Assembly (NCBI GenBank): GCA_902764235.1
Contig: CACWVH010000002.1
Span: 8,766 to 72,765 of the forward strand
Origin: an uncultured Ruminococcus sp.
Lineage (GTDB): Bacteria; Bacillota; Clostridia; Oscillospirales; Acutalibacteraceae
Reading direction: 5' to 3'
Length of the DNA stretch: 64,000 nucleotides
Below, piece by piece: positions 16,728-27,105 of the stretch. Position 1 is the first letter of the stretch. Every line of letters begins with the position of its first letter. A program made the translations under genes and the position numbers. The notes below the pieces were generated by a model that did not search any database, was not told the DNA's origin, and was given only the letters and a program-made list of their open reading frames with translations.

Positions 16728-17912
16728 TCAATTCCCATTTTTCATAAGCTTTCCTGAAATCATTGTATATTGAGGAGTTTCGATAATATCCAGAGCATCA
16801 CCTTTATAAAATACAAGGTCAGCATCCTTCCCTTTTTCAATAGAACCCACTCTGTCAGATATTCCGCATATTTTTGCAGGAGTTACAGTAACAGCACGAA
16901 GTGCGTCTGTTCTTTTCATGCCAGCCCTTACTGCGGCTGCAGCACAGATCAAAAGATAATTGACCGGCGTTTCAGGATGATCTGTTATGATAGCTGTCGG
17001 GATACCATACTCGGACATTATAGCGGCAGATGAATCTGACATATTTCTTAATTCGGGTTTACTGACATCAGTTAAGATGGGACCGGATAAAACTCCCTCA
17101 GCTTCATTTTTTATTGAATCGCAGATCTCATATCCCTCTGTTCCATGTACAATTATAATACGAAGATTATACTCTCTAGCTAATCTCAATGCTGTATGTA
17201 TATCATCAGCAGTATGTGCGTGAAAATGTGCAGGGATCTGCCTTTTTATAAGTGGAAGAAGGGACTCAAGCTTCTGGTCATACTCAGGCTCGTCATATTT
17301 ATCCGGTTCCTTCTGATATTGGGATAATTGTTTTTCGTATCTTTTTGCTTTTTCCAGAATTTCTCTGATAAGTGCTGCAACTGCCATTCTTGTAACAGGC
17401 ATCTGCTCCTTATCACTGTATGTTGTTTTGGGATTTTCGCCGAGAGAAAACTTGATCGCAGCAGGGGATTTAATGATAAGGTCATCAATTCTGGGTCTCT
17501 TGACCCCGGAAGATGATGCGGTTTTTATTGCAGCAATCTGTCCGCCGACAGGATTTGTGCTGCCCGGGCTGACAAGTACAGTGGTAACGCCCGCTCTTAT
17601 TGCCTTTTTAAAATAGGGATTATTAGTATTTATTGCATCTATAACATTCAGCTGTGGAGTTATTGGATCAGAATCTTCGTTTCCGTCAGATTCTTCTGAT
17701 GTTTCGCCAAAAACTCCAAGATGTGTGTGTGCATCAATAAAGCCCGGATAAACCGAAGCTCCGTTCATATCTATACTATCATTTGTCAATTCTGTAAGTT
17801 CATCCATTTTTCCTAAATCAACTATTTTTTCTTTTTCTGTAACAATATATCCATTATCAATTATATCGTTATTATCGTTCATTGTAAATATTTTTATATT
17901 CTTTATCAGCAT
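16728..17912 (-). CDS. Metal-dependent amidohydrolase family protein
   Basis: GFIDAHTHLG (HxH motif) with later HAH / HGTEG / D motifs. I prefer the start at ATG 17912 (MLIKNIKIF), which has a GAAAGG SD. The longer ORF-track start would run through the upstream terminator. Confidence 0.8.
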   Translation of the reverse strand: MLIKNIKIFTMNDNNDIIDNGYIVTEKEKIVDLGKMDELTELTNDSIDMNGASVYPGFIDAHTHLGVFGETSEESDGNEDSDPITPQLNVIDAINTNNPYFKKAIRAGVTTVLVSPGSTNPVGGQIAAIKTASSSGVKRPRIDDLIIKSPAAIKFSLGENPKTTYSDKEQMPVTRMAVAALIREILEKAKRYEKQLSQYQKEPDKYDEPEYDQKLESLLPLIKRQIPAHFHAHTADDIHTALRLAREYNLRIIIVHGTEGYEICDSIKNEAEGVLSGPILTDVSKPELRNMSDSSAAIMSEYGIPTAIITDHPETPVNYLLICAAAAVRAGMKRTDALRAVTVTPAKICGISDRVGSIEKGKDADLVFYKGDALDIIETPQYTMISGKLMKNGN

Positions 17913-17929
17913 AATTTTTCCTTTCAAAA

Positions 17930-17953
17930 AAGGAGAGTCCCATGACTCTCCTT
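17930..17953 (-). terminator. Terminator of the S1-domain gene
   Basis: aaggagagtc-ccat-gactctcctt, followed on the minus strand by TTTTTGAAAGG. Confidence 0.7.
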
Positions 17954-17961
17954 CAAGACCA

Positions 17962-18420
17962 TTATTTTGATGAATTTCCTCTTCTGGAATAACCACCACG
18001 TTTATTTTCGTTTCGTTTCAGATCGGACATTTTCTCATCACTCGCCTGTTTGAATTTAGAAAGCATATCCTCAAAGCTGGAAGGCTCACTCTTTTTTGAT
18101 GACTGCCATTCAAAGCTTCCAGGTCTGGAAGATGCCTGCTTAGGTGCAGAACTTCTGGACTGTGAATTTGACGGACGTTTCTGCTGAGGAATAGCCTTTT
18201 TGATTGAAAGACTGATTTTACCATCATCATTGATAGTAAGAACCTTTACTTTAACAGTCTGCCCCTCAGTTAAAAAATCCTTTATATCATTTACATAAGT
18301 CGGAGCAACCTCAGAAATGTGCACCATCCCTGTTTTCCCGCCTTCAAGATCAACAAACGCACCAAATTTTGTGATACCTGTTACCTTACCTTCAACTATC
18401 ATTCCAACTTCAAGATCCAT
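17962..18420 (-). CDS. yabR: S1 RNA-binding domain protein (YabR-like)
   Basis: GMIVEGKVTGITKFGAFVDLEGGKTGMVHISEV is an S1 fold. Its position after divIC matches the B. subtilis yabQ-divIC-yabR order. Confidence 0.85.
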   Translation of the reverse strand: MDLEVGMIVEGKVTGITKFGAFVDLEGGKTGMVHISEVAPTYVNDIKDFLTEGQTVKVKVLTINDDGKISLSIKKAIPQQKRPSNSQSRSSAPKQASSRPGSFEWQSSKKSEPSSFEDMLSKFKQASDEKMSDLKRNENKRGGYSRRGNSSK

Positions 18421-18440
18421 ATTGAATTAGCTTTCTCCTC

Positions 18441-18791
18441 TCAATCGCCGGCAATGTTTACAAATACAACTTCACCGTTTTTAACATAATCCAGATCTTC
18501 ACGAGCAATTTTTTCAACATAACCTGAGAAAGCTTTATCATCATTTTTCTCAACAGCATCAGAAACCTTTTTCAATTCAGAATTCGTTTGCTCCTGAGTA
18601 AAAATCCTTTCTTCAATCTTCGAAAGCTCTGTCCTTGCATTGCTTATGCGTATCTGCAGGTCAACCATTAGAAACAAAACGTAAAAAGTAACAATAATCA
18701 TTATCACATAGAGAAGGATGTTTCTGCTCTTTTTAGCCTTTCTGCTTCTTCTTGACCTTCTTGCAGTTTTAGCCTTCACCTTTATCACCAT
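18441..18791 (-). CDS. divIC: Septum formation initiator (FtsB/DivIC family)
   Basis: A basic N-terminus is followed by a single TM helix and a coiled coil (RTELSKIEERIFTQEQTNSELKK). Synteny also supports the call. Confidence 0.8.
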   Translation of the reverse strand: MVIKVKAKTARRSRRSRKAKKSRNILLYVIMIIVTFYVLFLMVDLQIRISNARTELSKIEERIFTQEQTNSELKKVSDAVEKNDDKAFSGYVEKIAREDLDYVKNGEVVFVNIAGD

Positions 18792-18865
18792 CCAATTCTA
18801 TCAGCCAACCATATTGATATTATACTACATTTGTTGTATTCTTGCAAGAAAAACCGACATACTTT

Positions 18866-19285
18866 TTAATTTTTTTTGAGCTTTTTGTTTATTTTAAACA
18901 ATTTAGAACATTTTATTATATTATCTGATATTTTTTTGCCAAATCTACATGAAAATTGCCAGATAATGGTACTTATTTTTTTGATTACAATAATTATTGT
19001 ACATTTTATTACTCTTGAAAGTGTAAAATGCAATAATAAAAAGCTGAAAAGCTCTGCAATTATTACATAAAGCCTTAATCTTCCTTCTGTCATTGCAATT
19101 GCAAATAAAAAGTTTATCAGAAAAAATAATATCATAAAAATAATATCAGAAACAAAAATGTGTATTTTATTAAATGATAATAATTCACCTGATACAGAAA
19201 AACACAGATATAGAAGATTCAAAGCGATACCAAGCAGAAAAGCCAGTAAAAAAGCTGCTGTCTGCTGCTGTGTAGTTAACTCCAT
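18866..19285 (-). CDS. yabQ: Spore cortex biosynthesis protein YabQ
   Basis: 139-aa polytopic membrane protein lying directly after yabP. Confidence 0.7.
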   Translation of the reverse strand: MELTTQQQTAAFLLAFLLGIALNLLYLCFSVSGELLSFNKIHIFVSDIIFMILFFLINFLFAIAMTEGRLRLYVIIAELFSFLLLHFTLSRVIKCTIIIVIKKISTIIWQFSCRFGKKISDNIIKCSKLFKINKKLKKN

Positions 19286-19297
19286 TGCATCACATTC

Positions 19298-19591
19298 CTA
19301 TTTGAATAATCTGGAAAAAATATTTCCCTCTCTTGCCTGCTCATCATTATAAATAAGAGAATGAACTCTTCCTTCCAGATCAAGCTCGCCTGTCTGCTGG
19401 CTGAAGTTATTTATATGCAGACCTTCGCCATCTACGGTTAGCAGGCCATTCAGTGTTGTTATAATAACCTTTCCGTCATCAAATTCCGATACATCCTTAA
19501 CACCGCTGACATTTAACTGCTTTCTGTTTTCCAGAATAAGAATATGTTTTTTATTATTATTGATCTGATCGTCACTATTCACATGCACCAC
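19298..19591 (-). CDS. yabP: Sporulation protein YabP
   Basis: HILILENRKQLNVSGVKDVSEFDDGKVIITTLNGLLTVDGEGLHI matches the YabP family pattern. Confidence 0.85.
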   Translation of the reverse strand: MVHVNSDDQINNNKKHILILENRKQLNVSGVKDVSEFDDGKVIITTLNGLLTVDGEGLHINNFSQQTGELDLEGRVHSLIYNDEQAREGNIFSRLFK

Positions 19592-19640
19592 TCCGTATTA
19601 TTGATAATACAGCTTATGCATGAGTCGGAATTATTATTCC

Positions 19641-19880
19641 TCAAAGCATTTTATACATAAGTCCGGCATCTTCTTTTTTTGCATATTCGTTTATATTGAT
19701 TATTTCAAACTTTATCGGATGAGTTCCGAGTGCGATCTCAACTATATCTCCTGTTTTCACATCGTATGATGCTCTTGCTGTTTTTCCGTTAACTGTTACT
19801 CTACCGGCATCACATGCCTCATTTGCCACAGTTCTTCTTTTAATGATTCTGCTGATCTTCAGATATTTATCAAGTCTCAT
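19641..19880 (-). CDS. yabO: RNA-binding S4 domain protein (YabO-like)
   Basis: MRLDKYLKISRIIKRRTVANEACDAGRVTVNGK is a canonical S4 motif. Confidence 0.88.
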   Translation of the reverse strand: MRLDKYLKISRIIKRRTVANEACDAGRVTVNGKTARASYDVKTGDIVEIALGTHPIKFEIININEYAKKEDAGLMYKML

Positions 19881-19901
19881 AAAAAACTCCTTATAAAGAC
19901 G

Positions 19902-19926
19902 TAAACCGATCTTTACGATCGGCTTA
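19902..19926 (-). terminator. Probable terminator after the HU gene
   Basis: taaaccgatc / gatcggctta hairpin with one mismatch. The minus-strand 3' side is TTTACGTCTTTAT. Confidence 0.45.
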
Positions 19927-19956
19927 CAGGTCTGTTGTTATTGTTTGATTAATTGA

Positions 19957-20235
19957 TTACTTATTAGCAACAGCATCCTTGAATGCTTTTCCTGCTTTAA
20001 ACGCAGGGATCTTTGATGCACTGATAGTAATCTTTTCATTCGTACGCGGATTAACTCCGGTTCTTTCCTTTCTCTCACGAGATTCAAATGTACCGAAACC
20101 AACTATTCTGATATCCTGACCGTTTGAAACTTCATCAACAATAATGTCCAGAAGAGCACATACTGCCTTTTCTGCATCCTTTTTGCTGATTTCGGCCTTC
20201 TTTGAAACTGCAACGATAAGTTCTGATTTGTTCAT
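19957..20235 (-). CDS. hup: DNA-binding protein HU
   Basis: MNKSELIVAVSKK..GFGTFESRERKERTGVNPRTNEKITISASKIPAFKAGKAFKDAV. Confidence 0.95.
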   Translation of the reverse strand: MNKSELIVAVSKKAEISKKDAEKAVCALLDIIVDEVSNGQDIRIVGFGTFESRERKERTGVNPRTNEKITISASKIPAFKAGKAFKDAVANK

Positions 20236-20236
20236 T

Positions 20237-21052
20237 TTAGTTTTCCTCCAATTTTTCTTTTTTTGAAATGTCTTTCCATAACTGATTCGTTACACTGGTA
20301 TCCGAATCCTGTATATTCAAGCCCATTCCGGCAGCGGTTTTTTCAAACCTTCTGAACCGATCGATATATTTATCGCAGGCATTATACAGCGATTGTTCGC
20401 TATCGGTCTTCATCAGACCAGACAAAGCAGCTGATGAAAAAAGAAAATCTCCAAGAACTGCTTCATATTTGCTGCTGTCACCATCTGCACAAGCTGCCTT
20501 CAATGCTGAAAGCTTTTCTTCAATAATGTTGACTGCTTCATCTATACTCTTAACTCCGACTCCGCCTCGTGCAGATTTTTTTATAAGCTTCTCAGCTCTC
20601 ATCAGAGACGGCAAGGTTTTTGATACACTTTCCATTGTTTCTGTAACAGTGGTTTGTGAATGAGTCTGCATTTTGATCTTATCCCAATTACTCCATACCT
20701 GCTCAGTAGTTTCAGCATCAACATCTCCGAAAACATGAGGATGTCTCAAAATCATTTTCCTGCTTACCTCATCGGTTATGTCAGAAAAATCAAAATGATG
20801 CTGTTCACTTTCTATCACACTATGAAATACGACCTGAAACAAAACATCACCAAGCTCTTCTTTCAGGTGATCTGTATCATTTTCATCTATTGCTTCAACC
20901 GCCTCATAGACTTCCTCGATAAAATCTTTTCTGATTGATTGATGTGTCTGAACCTTATCCCAGGGACATCCGTCAGGTGCACGCAGACACTTTACTATTT
21001 CAATAAGATCATTAATATCATATTTTTCTTTGTCCTTAATATTCAAAATCAA
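20237..21052 (-). CDS. mazG: MazG-family nucleoside triphosphate pyrophosphohydrolase
   Basis: The tandem MazG pattern is present (PDGCPWDKVQTHQSIRKDFIEEVYEAVEAI.. EELGDVLFQVVFH). The start is a TTG at 21052 or at 21046 (third codon), so it is uncertain by two codons. Confidence 0.88.
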   Translation of the reverse strand: MILNIKDKEKYDINDLIEIVKCLRAPDGCPWDKVQTHQSIRKDFIEEVYEAVEAIDENDTDHLKEELGDVLFQVVFHSVIESEQHHFDFSDITDEVSRKMILRHPHVFGDVDAETTEQVWSNWDKIKMQTHSQTTVTETMESVSKTLPSLMRAEKLIKKSARGGVGVKSIDEAVNIIEEKLSALKAACADGDSSKYEAVLGDFLFSSAALSGLMKTDSEQSLYNACDKYIDRFRRFEKTAAGMGLNIQDSDTSVTNQLWKDISKKEKLEEN

Positions 21053-21081
21053 ACACTCCTACCGGAAACAGTATTAATATT

Positions 21082-22842
21082 TTACCTTATTAAGTGACGT
21101 TTTTCAAGTACTTTTACAATTTTATTTCCCTTTGGCATCTGAAGAATATCTTCCCTTTTAATTGCTCTTAAAAGAAGCAAAGAAACAAAATATACAATAA
21201 TAGCAACAATAACTGACAACACTGTTGCAATACTCTGAATTATTACTATATCAAATACCATCTCAGAAAAATAAGCAGCAGCACCGCATATCAACGCTGC
21301 AAGAAGCGGTTTTACAAGGATCGATATAAAATCAGGTATTACGCCGGTTCTTCTGCAGAGTACAAACATTGCCACAACTGTAACAAATCCATAACATACC
21401 ATTGAACCAACATTTGCCCCCTGAATATTAATCTCCGGTATGCCTACAAGTATATAATTTACAATTATTTTCATAATCATTCCTGCAGTGAATAATTTCA
21501 GCGGAACATCCATTCTTCCTACTGCCTGAAGCATACTGCAAAGCGGTGTACTTGTCGCAATAAAGATAACAGATATTCCCATTACTGTCAGAACCTTCGA
21601 GCCTACCTCAACTTCATTTGCAACACCCGGACTGCTGTATATAAGTGAAAGCAGCGGTTCCGCAAGTACAGACAGACCAATACCGGATGGTATAGTGACG
21701 AGAACTGTAACTCTGAGAACAGTTTCCATGCTTTGTTTTAGTTTTTCTTTATTTCCGCTTGTATATGCAGCGGTTACAGATGGCAGAGCTGTTGTACCGA
21801 AAACCTGTGTTACGGCTGTTACAAGCATCATCAGTGTAAGAGCAATACCATAGCAGCCATACAGGTATATATGTGTATTTCCACCGTAGTATACTTCATC
21901 GGGAATCAGCGATCCGTAAACATTCAGCAAAGCGTCAGGGTCAGTTTCCATAATATTATAGATTCTTGTCTGTACAAGGGTCGAATCTATCATATCACCT
22001 ATACTCATTATGATCGAACCAAGTCCGATCGGGATCGCTGTGCGAACCATTGTCCGCATTATAGTACCGTTACTTCTCGGCGGAGGAGAATTTCTTAGTT
22101 CCTCCTCATCTATACCATCACCCTTATGTTTATATCTTATAAACAAAAACAGGAATCCGAATAATGAGCCCAGTGAAATACCAGTGATTGCTGCACCTAT
22201 TGCCAAAGGAACCGCAGCAGCGTTTGCTTCGGCTTCTCCGCTGCATTTTATTCCAAGCACATATCCACTGTCATAATACTGTCCCATGCAAAGCTTCATA
22301 GTGATGAAGGAAGCTGCAAAACCAAGAAACAGTTTGCAGGATGCTTCAATTATCTCCGAAATTGCAGTCGGAGTCATATTCCGCATACCTTCAAAATAAC
22401 CTCTGTATATTGACATCAGACATCCGAAGAAAATCGTGGGAGATAAGCATAAAAGTGCAAAAATAGTATTCTCTGCATTGATTATTTTTACATATATGAA
22501 GCTGCCGATAACCATAGCTATAAAACAGACAAGACCGGCAATTACGAAAATCGGAACTGAAAGCCTGTGTATCTGTTTAACATCACGATATCTCTTTTTG
22601 GTCATGCTTTCAGATACCATTCTGGAAATAGCAATCGGGAAACCGGCAGTTGAAAGCATAAACAATGGATTATACAGTGCATATGCTGCGTTGAACAGAC
22701 CTGTACCGACACCGCCGTACATTCCGGACAAAAGTATCTTATATACCATGCCCATGAGACGAACAACAACCATACTTCCTCCAAGTACCATTGCACCCTT
22801 CAGAAATGATTGTCCTTTCCCTTCCCTTTTCTTTTTCTCCAC
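21082..22842 (-). CDS. MOP/MurJ-superfamily flippase (SpoVB/YabM-like polysaccharide or lipid II flippase)
   Basis: 586-aa polytopic membrane protein. The N-terminus SFLKGAMVLGGSMVVVRLMGMVYKILLSGMYG is typical, and its position upstream of mazG matches B. subtilis yabM. Confidence 0.8.
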   Translation of the reverse strand: MEKKKREGKGQSFLKGAMVLGGSMVVVRLMGMVYKILLSGMYGGVGTGLFNAAYALYNPLFMLSTAGFPIAISRMVSESMTKKRYRDVKQIHRLSVPIFVIAGLVCFIAMVIGSFIYVKIINAENTIFALLCLSPTIFFGCLMSIYRGYFEGMRNMTPTAISEIIEASCKLFLGFAASFITMKLCMGQYYDSGYVLGIKCSGEAEANAAAVPLAIGAAITGISLGSLFGFLFLFIRYKHKGDGIDEEELRNSPPPRSNGTIMRTMVRTAIPIGLGSIIMSIGDMIDSTLVQTRIYNIMETDPDALLNVYGSLIPDEVYYGGNTHIYLYGCYGIALTLMMLVTAVTQVFGTTALPSVTAAYTSGNKEKLKQSMETVLRVTVLVTIPSGIGLSVLAEPLLSLIYSSPGVANEVEVGSKVLTVMGISVIFIATSTPLCSMLQAVGRMDVPLKLFTAGMIMKIIVNYILVGIPEINIQGANVGSMVCYGFVTVVAMFVLCRRTGVIPDFISILVKPLLAALICGAAAYFSEMVFDIVIIQSIATVLSVIVAIIVYFVSLLLLRAIKREDILQMPKGNKIVKVLEKRHLIR

Positions 22843-22905
22843 TCAAGCACATCCTTTCGGAAAGGAATTAAATAATCTTTTCAGATTCATTTATACAAGA
22901 GGGTA

Positions 22906-23355
22906 TCAGAGAAGATCGTCGTCATCAAAATTATCTTCTGTAAAATCTATAACGTCGTCCGGTGACATATGTTCGGAAGCATCCTCAGGATAAGCAAGCT
23001 TTTCTCCGCAGTTATTGCAGAAAATTGCACCCTTTACATTGTAGCATCCGCATGAATCACATTTTATTTTCTGAGCGGCAGATGCGATCATATCATTTAA
23101 AGAGTCAAGATTAGTCTTTAACTCACCTATCTGGTCAAAAAGCTCTTTCTTAGGCTTTGAAAAATCTTTACCTATTGACATTTCCTCAAAAGAAAGTCTT
23201 CCAAGTATCTGATATTTACGGTTTATCTCACTTCTGAGATCAGCAGCGGCAAGCTTGAGCTTTGAAGAATCAACCACTTCACCAGCTTTTTTTCCGACTG
23301 TTCCGACAAATGATTTTGCATTTATAATCACATCTTCAAAAATACCCATATTCAT
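22906..23355 (-). CDS. Zinc-ribbon domain protein with coiled-coil N-terminus and acidic tail
   Basis: CDSCGCYNVKGAIFCNNCGEKL forms a four-Cys ribbon. The rest of the protein has no known motif. Confidence 0.65.
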   Translation of the reverse strand: MNMGIFEDVIINAKSFVGTVGKKAGEVVDSSKLKLAAADLRSEINRKYQILGRLSFEEMSIGKDFSKPKKELFDQIGELKTNLDSLNDMIASAAQKIKCDSCGCYNVKGAIFCNNCGEKLAYPEDASEHMSPDDVIDFTEDNFDDDDLL

Positions 23356-23563
23356 CTCTCCTTCTGATTTGATATCATTTTTATAATGTATTATTATACA
23401 TAGTTTTTAAAACCGACTTTTTAACTTTGATAATCTGCACATCTTTTAAAAGTACACAAATACCTAACATTATCATAAGCTAAATAATTATATCACTTTT
23501 CCTGCAATAGTTCAAGGTTTTTAAGCTATTTTCAGAATAATACACGAATAATTTACAATATCT

Positions 23564-24526
23564 TTAATACGAATAACAACCTCCGCCTATAAATTCACGT
23601 AATAGTGAGTTTTCGGGCACAATACTGTTGTCAATCGTTTCAAATCTGCATAACGCCTCCTTTATCCTGCAAACAAAATCATAATGCGGATTAGACGCAG
23701 GTATAGCTTCCAGTACCGGAAGGGCTATGGTTTTCAGCACGCAGGGTTCGTAAATATGGATCGAATTGATAGTAAAATCACTTGTATATCTGTACGGACG
23801 GATATATTTTTTTTCACCCTCAATAACGCTGCCCCACATTGAAAGCATATATACAGGATCTACTTTTCTGAAGTGATAGTCTCTTACAATTCTTCTTATA
23901 AACCTTATTTCCCGGTTAGTAAGCACATAATCCTCATTATTCTTTATTCCCTGCTTGACAGCTGTATAGACCTTGACTACCTCTGCCTTAGAGCTTCCCT
24001 TTGAAAAGATCGGGTTCAGCGCATGTATGCCTTCCATAATTATAACAGATTCTTTTCCGAGCTTTATTGTTCTGGTTTTATCTGAACGTCTGCTGTGTTC
24101 AAAATCATATATCGGAATGACACATTCTCCGGTTGTGGATAATTCATGTATCGACTTTCTTATAAGAGGTATATCAAGGGAATCTACTGATTCAAAGTCT
24201 GGTTTTCCATTCGGAAGTCTTCCCACATAATCAACACCGAGATAAAAATCATCCATTGATATAAGCTGCACATCAACGCCGTGAGAGACAAACTCATCGC
24301 ATAGCTTTTTTGAGGTGGTTGTCTTACCGCTGCTGGAAGGTCCTGAAAGCATGACAACATGACGATGTCCTTCATTGCCAAGTATCTGTCCGGCGATCCA
24401 CTTCAGATCGTTTCTGTACAGTTCCTCAGTCATAGTCACAAGAGCACGAGCGTTATTTTTGGCTTCCTCGTTTATCCTGTTGATATCACAGGCGTATCTT
24501 CTGTATGTATTAAGATAGTTCATCAT
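23564..24526 (-). CDS. Uridine kinase/phosphoribulokinase-family P-loop nucleoside kinase
   Basis: Walker A VVMLSGPSSSGKTTTSKKL is followed by ISMDDFY and VIIMEGIHALNP, the typical PRK/UDK pattern. Confidence 0.75.
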   Translation of the reverse strand: MMNYLNTYRRYACDINRINEEAKNNARALVTMTEELYRNDLKWIAGQILGNEGHRHVVMLSGPSSSGKTTTSKKLCDEFVSHGVDVQLISMDDFYLGVDYVGRLPNGKPDFESVDSLDIPLIRKSIHELSTTGECVIPIYDFEHSRRSDKTRTIKLGKESVIIMEGIHALNPIFSKGSSKAEVVKVYTAVKQGIKNNEDYVLTNREIRFIRRIVRDYHFRKVDPVYMLSMWGSVIEGEKKYIRPYRYTSDFTINSIHIYEPCVLKTIALPVLEAIPASNPHYDFVCRIKEALCRFETIDNSIVPENSLLREFIGGGCYSY

Positions 24527-25985
24527 AGAATTCTTTCACCTGCTCTTTCCTTTTAAGCATTTCATCGAATCCGTTTATATATTCATATGGATATTTGTAA
24601 TTAAATATTCTTGTTATTGTTTCACCATGGGGTACCTTCAGCTTTGTTACTGCACCGGCACCGCAGCCGATTATGGTATGTGTTTCATCCATTACATATA
24701 CATTATAAAGACTGTCAAAGCCTTCCTTTGACCATCCGACATTCTCAAGATTACCCTCCATTCTTGTCTGTCTGTACAGATAATATGGATGATATCTGCT
24801 TTCTGTAAGCTTCTTTTCGCAGTATTCAAGCATCCTCGCTGCATAATCACCGTTTTCAGTGGTAACTCCTCTTCCTTCAAGTGTAAGTCTGGATGAGCGT
24901 TTCAACGCAAGTGTATGAACTGTAATACTCGCCGGAGAAAGCTCACAGATGGTATCAAGTGTATTAATAAAACTATCCGGAGTATCAGTAGGAAGTCCTG
25001 CAATAAGATCCATATTGATATGCCTGAAACCAATCCCTTCAGCCATTTTATATGCATTTATTGTCTGTTCTGAAGAATGCTTTCTTCCTATGACATTGAG
25101 CACATCATCGTTAAGTGTCTGAGGATTTATACTTATCCTGTCAACACCGCCGTTTAATATTGACACAAGTTTTTCTTCTGTTATGGTATCCGGTCTGCCG
25201 GCTTCAATAGTGAATTCTCTGCACAATGACATATCAAAGGATTTTCTTATAACCTCAATCAGTAACGAAAGCTGCTCTGCACTTAGAGTAGTCGGAGTAC
25301 CTCCTCCGATATACACTGTCTCAAGTCTGAGCTTTTTGGCTTTTACGATCTCTCCGGTATATTTTATTTCGCTGCACAGCAGTTCAAAATACGGTTCCAC
25401 AAGCTTTCTGGCTTTTTCTATAGTCTGTGATACAAACGAGCAGTATGAACATCTTGTAGGGCAAAAAGGAACAGATATATAAAGGCTGAATGAATCAGGA
25501 CGATTCAGCGAAAGTATCTTTCTTTCATTTATTTCTGTCGTTGCACTCAGCTCTGTTTTCGCTTCGGAAACAAGAAGCTTCTGTTCAAAATACTGTTTTG
25601 CATATTCGCTTCCATTCTGCTCAGACAATCTTCGGAACAGCTTTATCGGCCGAACTCCTGTCAGTATTCCCCAAGGCTGTTTTTTTCCGGTATATTCACA
25701 AAGAAGCTCATACAGTATGACTGCAAGCTCTCTTTCAGAGTTTTTTTCAAGCTCCTTATCATCAATACCTATATCGGTACTTTTGAATTTTTCAAAGTCA
25801 TCAAAGTGTACAGAAGCACTGAGAATATATTTATCATCTGATTTTGTCATCTTTGTAAGGATATAAGGTTTTTCAGGTTCTGTTTCACTGCCTTCGGTTA
25901 CGGTTATTTTTTCATTGGGATAGAATAATCTTACCAGGTTTTCCATTTCATAATGAAATGTATGTCCGTCAATAAATATCCTCAT
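24510..25985 (-). CDS. hemZ: Radical SAM coproporphyrinogen-dehydrogenase-like protein (HemZ/HemN family)
   Basis: Radical SAM motif CPTRCSYCSF, then GGGTPT and HemN-like C-terminal region. The 491-aa size is typical of clostridial HemZ. Confidence 0.75.
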   Translation of the reverse strand: MRIFIDGHTFHYEMENLVRLFYPNEKITVTEGSETEPEKPYILTKMTKSDDKYILSASVHFDDFEKFKSTDIGIDDKELEKNSERELAVILYELLCEYTGKKQPWGILTGVRPIKLFRRLSEQNGSEYAKQYFEQKLLVSEAKTELSATTEINERKILSLNRPDSFSLYISVPFCPTRCSYCSFVSQTIEKARKLVEPYFELLCSEIKYTGEIVKAKKLRLETVYIGGGTPTTLSAEQLSLLIEVIRKSFDMSLCREFTIEAGRPDTITEEKLVSILNGGVDRISINPQTLNDDVLNVIGRKHSSEQTINAYKMAEGIGFRHINMDLIAGLPTDTPDSFINTLDTICELSPASITVHTLALKRSSRLTLEGRGVTTENGDYAARMLEYCEKKLTESRYHPYYLYRQTRMEGNLENVGWSKEGFDSLYNVYVMDETHTIIGCGAGAVTKLKVPHGETITRIFNYKYPYEYINGFDEMLKRKEQVKEFYDELS

Positions 25986-26622
25986 ATACAGAATCCCTCA
26001 TTATATAATTATGTTTTCTTTCATATTCAAGAGTAGTTGACTCGCCGTGACCGCAGAACATTCTGTAATCACCTTCAAGATTCCTGATCCTGTTTACAGA
26101 AGCAAGCATCTCTTTATTACTTCCAGTAGGAAAGTCCGTACGTCCGGTAGTACCTGAAATTATAGTATCACCTGTAAATATAATGTCCTCTAAAATATAA
26201 CATACTCCTCCGGTCGTATGTCCGGGAGTATTCAGTACAGTAATTGCTTTTTGCCCGAAGGATAAGCTGTCGTTGTCTGAAGCTTCAACGTCAGCCTTGA
26301 AATGCTCGACACCTTCTCCGGAAAAATATGACGATAGATTCAGAATATCATTGCTTGTAAAGCCGCTGTCGCCTTTTCCGATAACGATCTTAGCAGAAGG
26401 GCAAAGCTTATGTAGAGTTGATGTATAACCTATGTGATCAAAATGACCGTGTGTAAGAAGAATATACATAACTTTCTCTGTGCCGTCTTTAATAATTTGT
26501 TCTTCAAGCTCTGATGAATAGTCACCCGGATCTACAACAAAGCTTATTTCCTGATCGGTATCAAATATGTAATAGCAATTTGCCTGAAGTTCTCCGACAG
26601 GATAACATTTTATCTCTATCAT
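25969..26622 (-). CDS. MBL-fold metallo-hydrolase
   Basis: The LLTHGHFDHIG (HxHxDH) motif is present, along with later GHT and H residues. Confidence 0.88.
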   Translation of the reverse strand: MIEIKCYPVGELQANCYYIFDTDQEISFVVDPGDYSSELEEQIIKDGTEKVMYILLTHGHFDHIGYTSTLHKLCPSAKIVIGKGDSGFTSNDILNLSSYFSGEGVEHFKADVEASDNDSLSFGQKAITVLNTPGHTTGGVCYILEDIIFTGDTIISGTTGRTDFPTGSNKEMLASVNRIRNLEGDYRMFCGHGESTTLEYERKHNYIMRDSVYEDIY

Positions 26623-26636
26623 TGCTGACTCTCCTC

Positions 26637-27089
26637 TTACGCAAGCTCTCTGCTGTCGATAATAAGGGTCACAGGTCCGTCATTGAGAAGCTTTACCTTC
26701 ATATCAGCTCCGAATATACCTTTCTCGACCCTTTGAATACCTTTTTCCTGAAAACGTCTGCAAAAATACTCATACAGAGGTTCTGCCTTTTCCGGGCGGG
26801 CGGCAGCGTCAAAGCTCGGCCGCCTGCCCTTGCGGCAATTTGCACATAGTGTAAAGTTCGATACCACAAGTACGCTTCCGTCTATATCTGACAGAGACAG
26901 GTTCATTTTATCATTTTCATCAGTAAACACTCTAAGACCGTATATCTTATCACAAAGCTTATCAGCCTGTTTTTCATCATCATCTTTCTCTACTCCCAGA
27001 AGGATAAGAAATCCGTTTCCTATCTCCCCGGTGATTTTTCCGTCAACAGTGACTGTACATTCAGATACACGCTGTATTATTGCTTTCAT
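26637..27089 (-). CDS. dtd: D-aminoacyl-tRNA deacylase
   Basis: MKAIIQRVSECTVTVDGK..GFLILLGV..VSNFTL(C)A..GRRPSF. I prefer the ATG at 27089; the ORF track uses the TTG at 27098. Confidence 0.92.
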   Translation of the reverse strand: MKAIIQRVSECTVTVDGKITGEIGNGFLILLGVEKDDDEKQADKLCDKIYGLRVFTDENDKMNLSLSDIDGSVLVVSNFTLCANCRKGRRPSFDAAARPEKAEPLYEYFCRRFQEKGIQRVEKGIFGADMKVKLLNDGPVTLIIDSRELA

Positions 27090-27105
27090 TTTGATCAATC
27101 CTTAT

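Noticed and set aside
22436-22993. Long antisense or nested ORFs inside large genes. This one is opposite the spoVB-like gene; others are 27718-28353 in relA, 46591-47202 and 49221-49748 in dnaE, 33298-33861 in the ATPase gene, and 7747-8223 in the permease gene.
   Set aside because: Each overlaps a gene with unambiguous family motifs on the other strand, and none has an SD or recognisable motif. I treat them as ORF-caller artefacts of AT-rich, codon-biased DNA.
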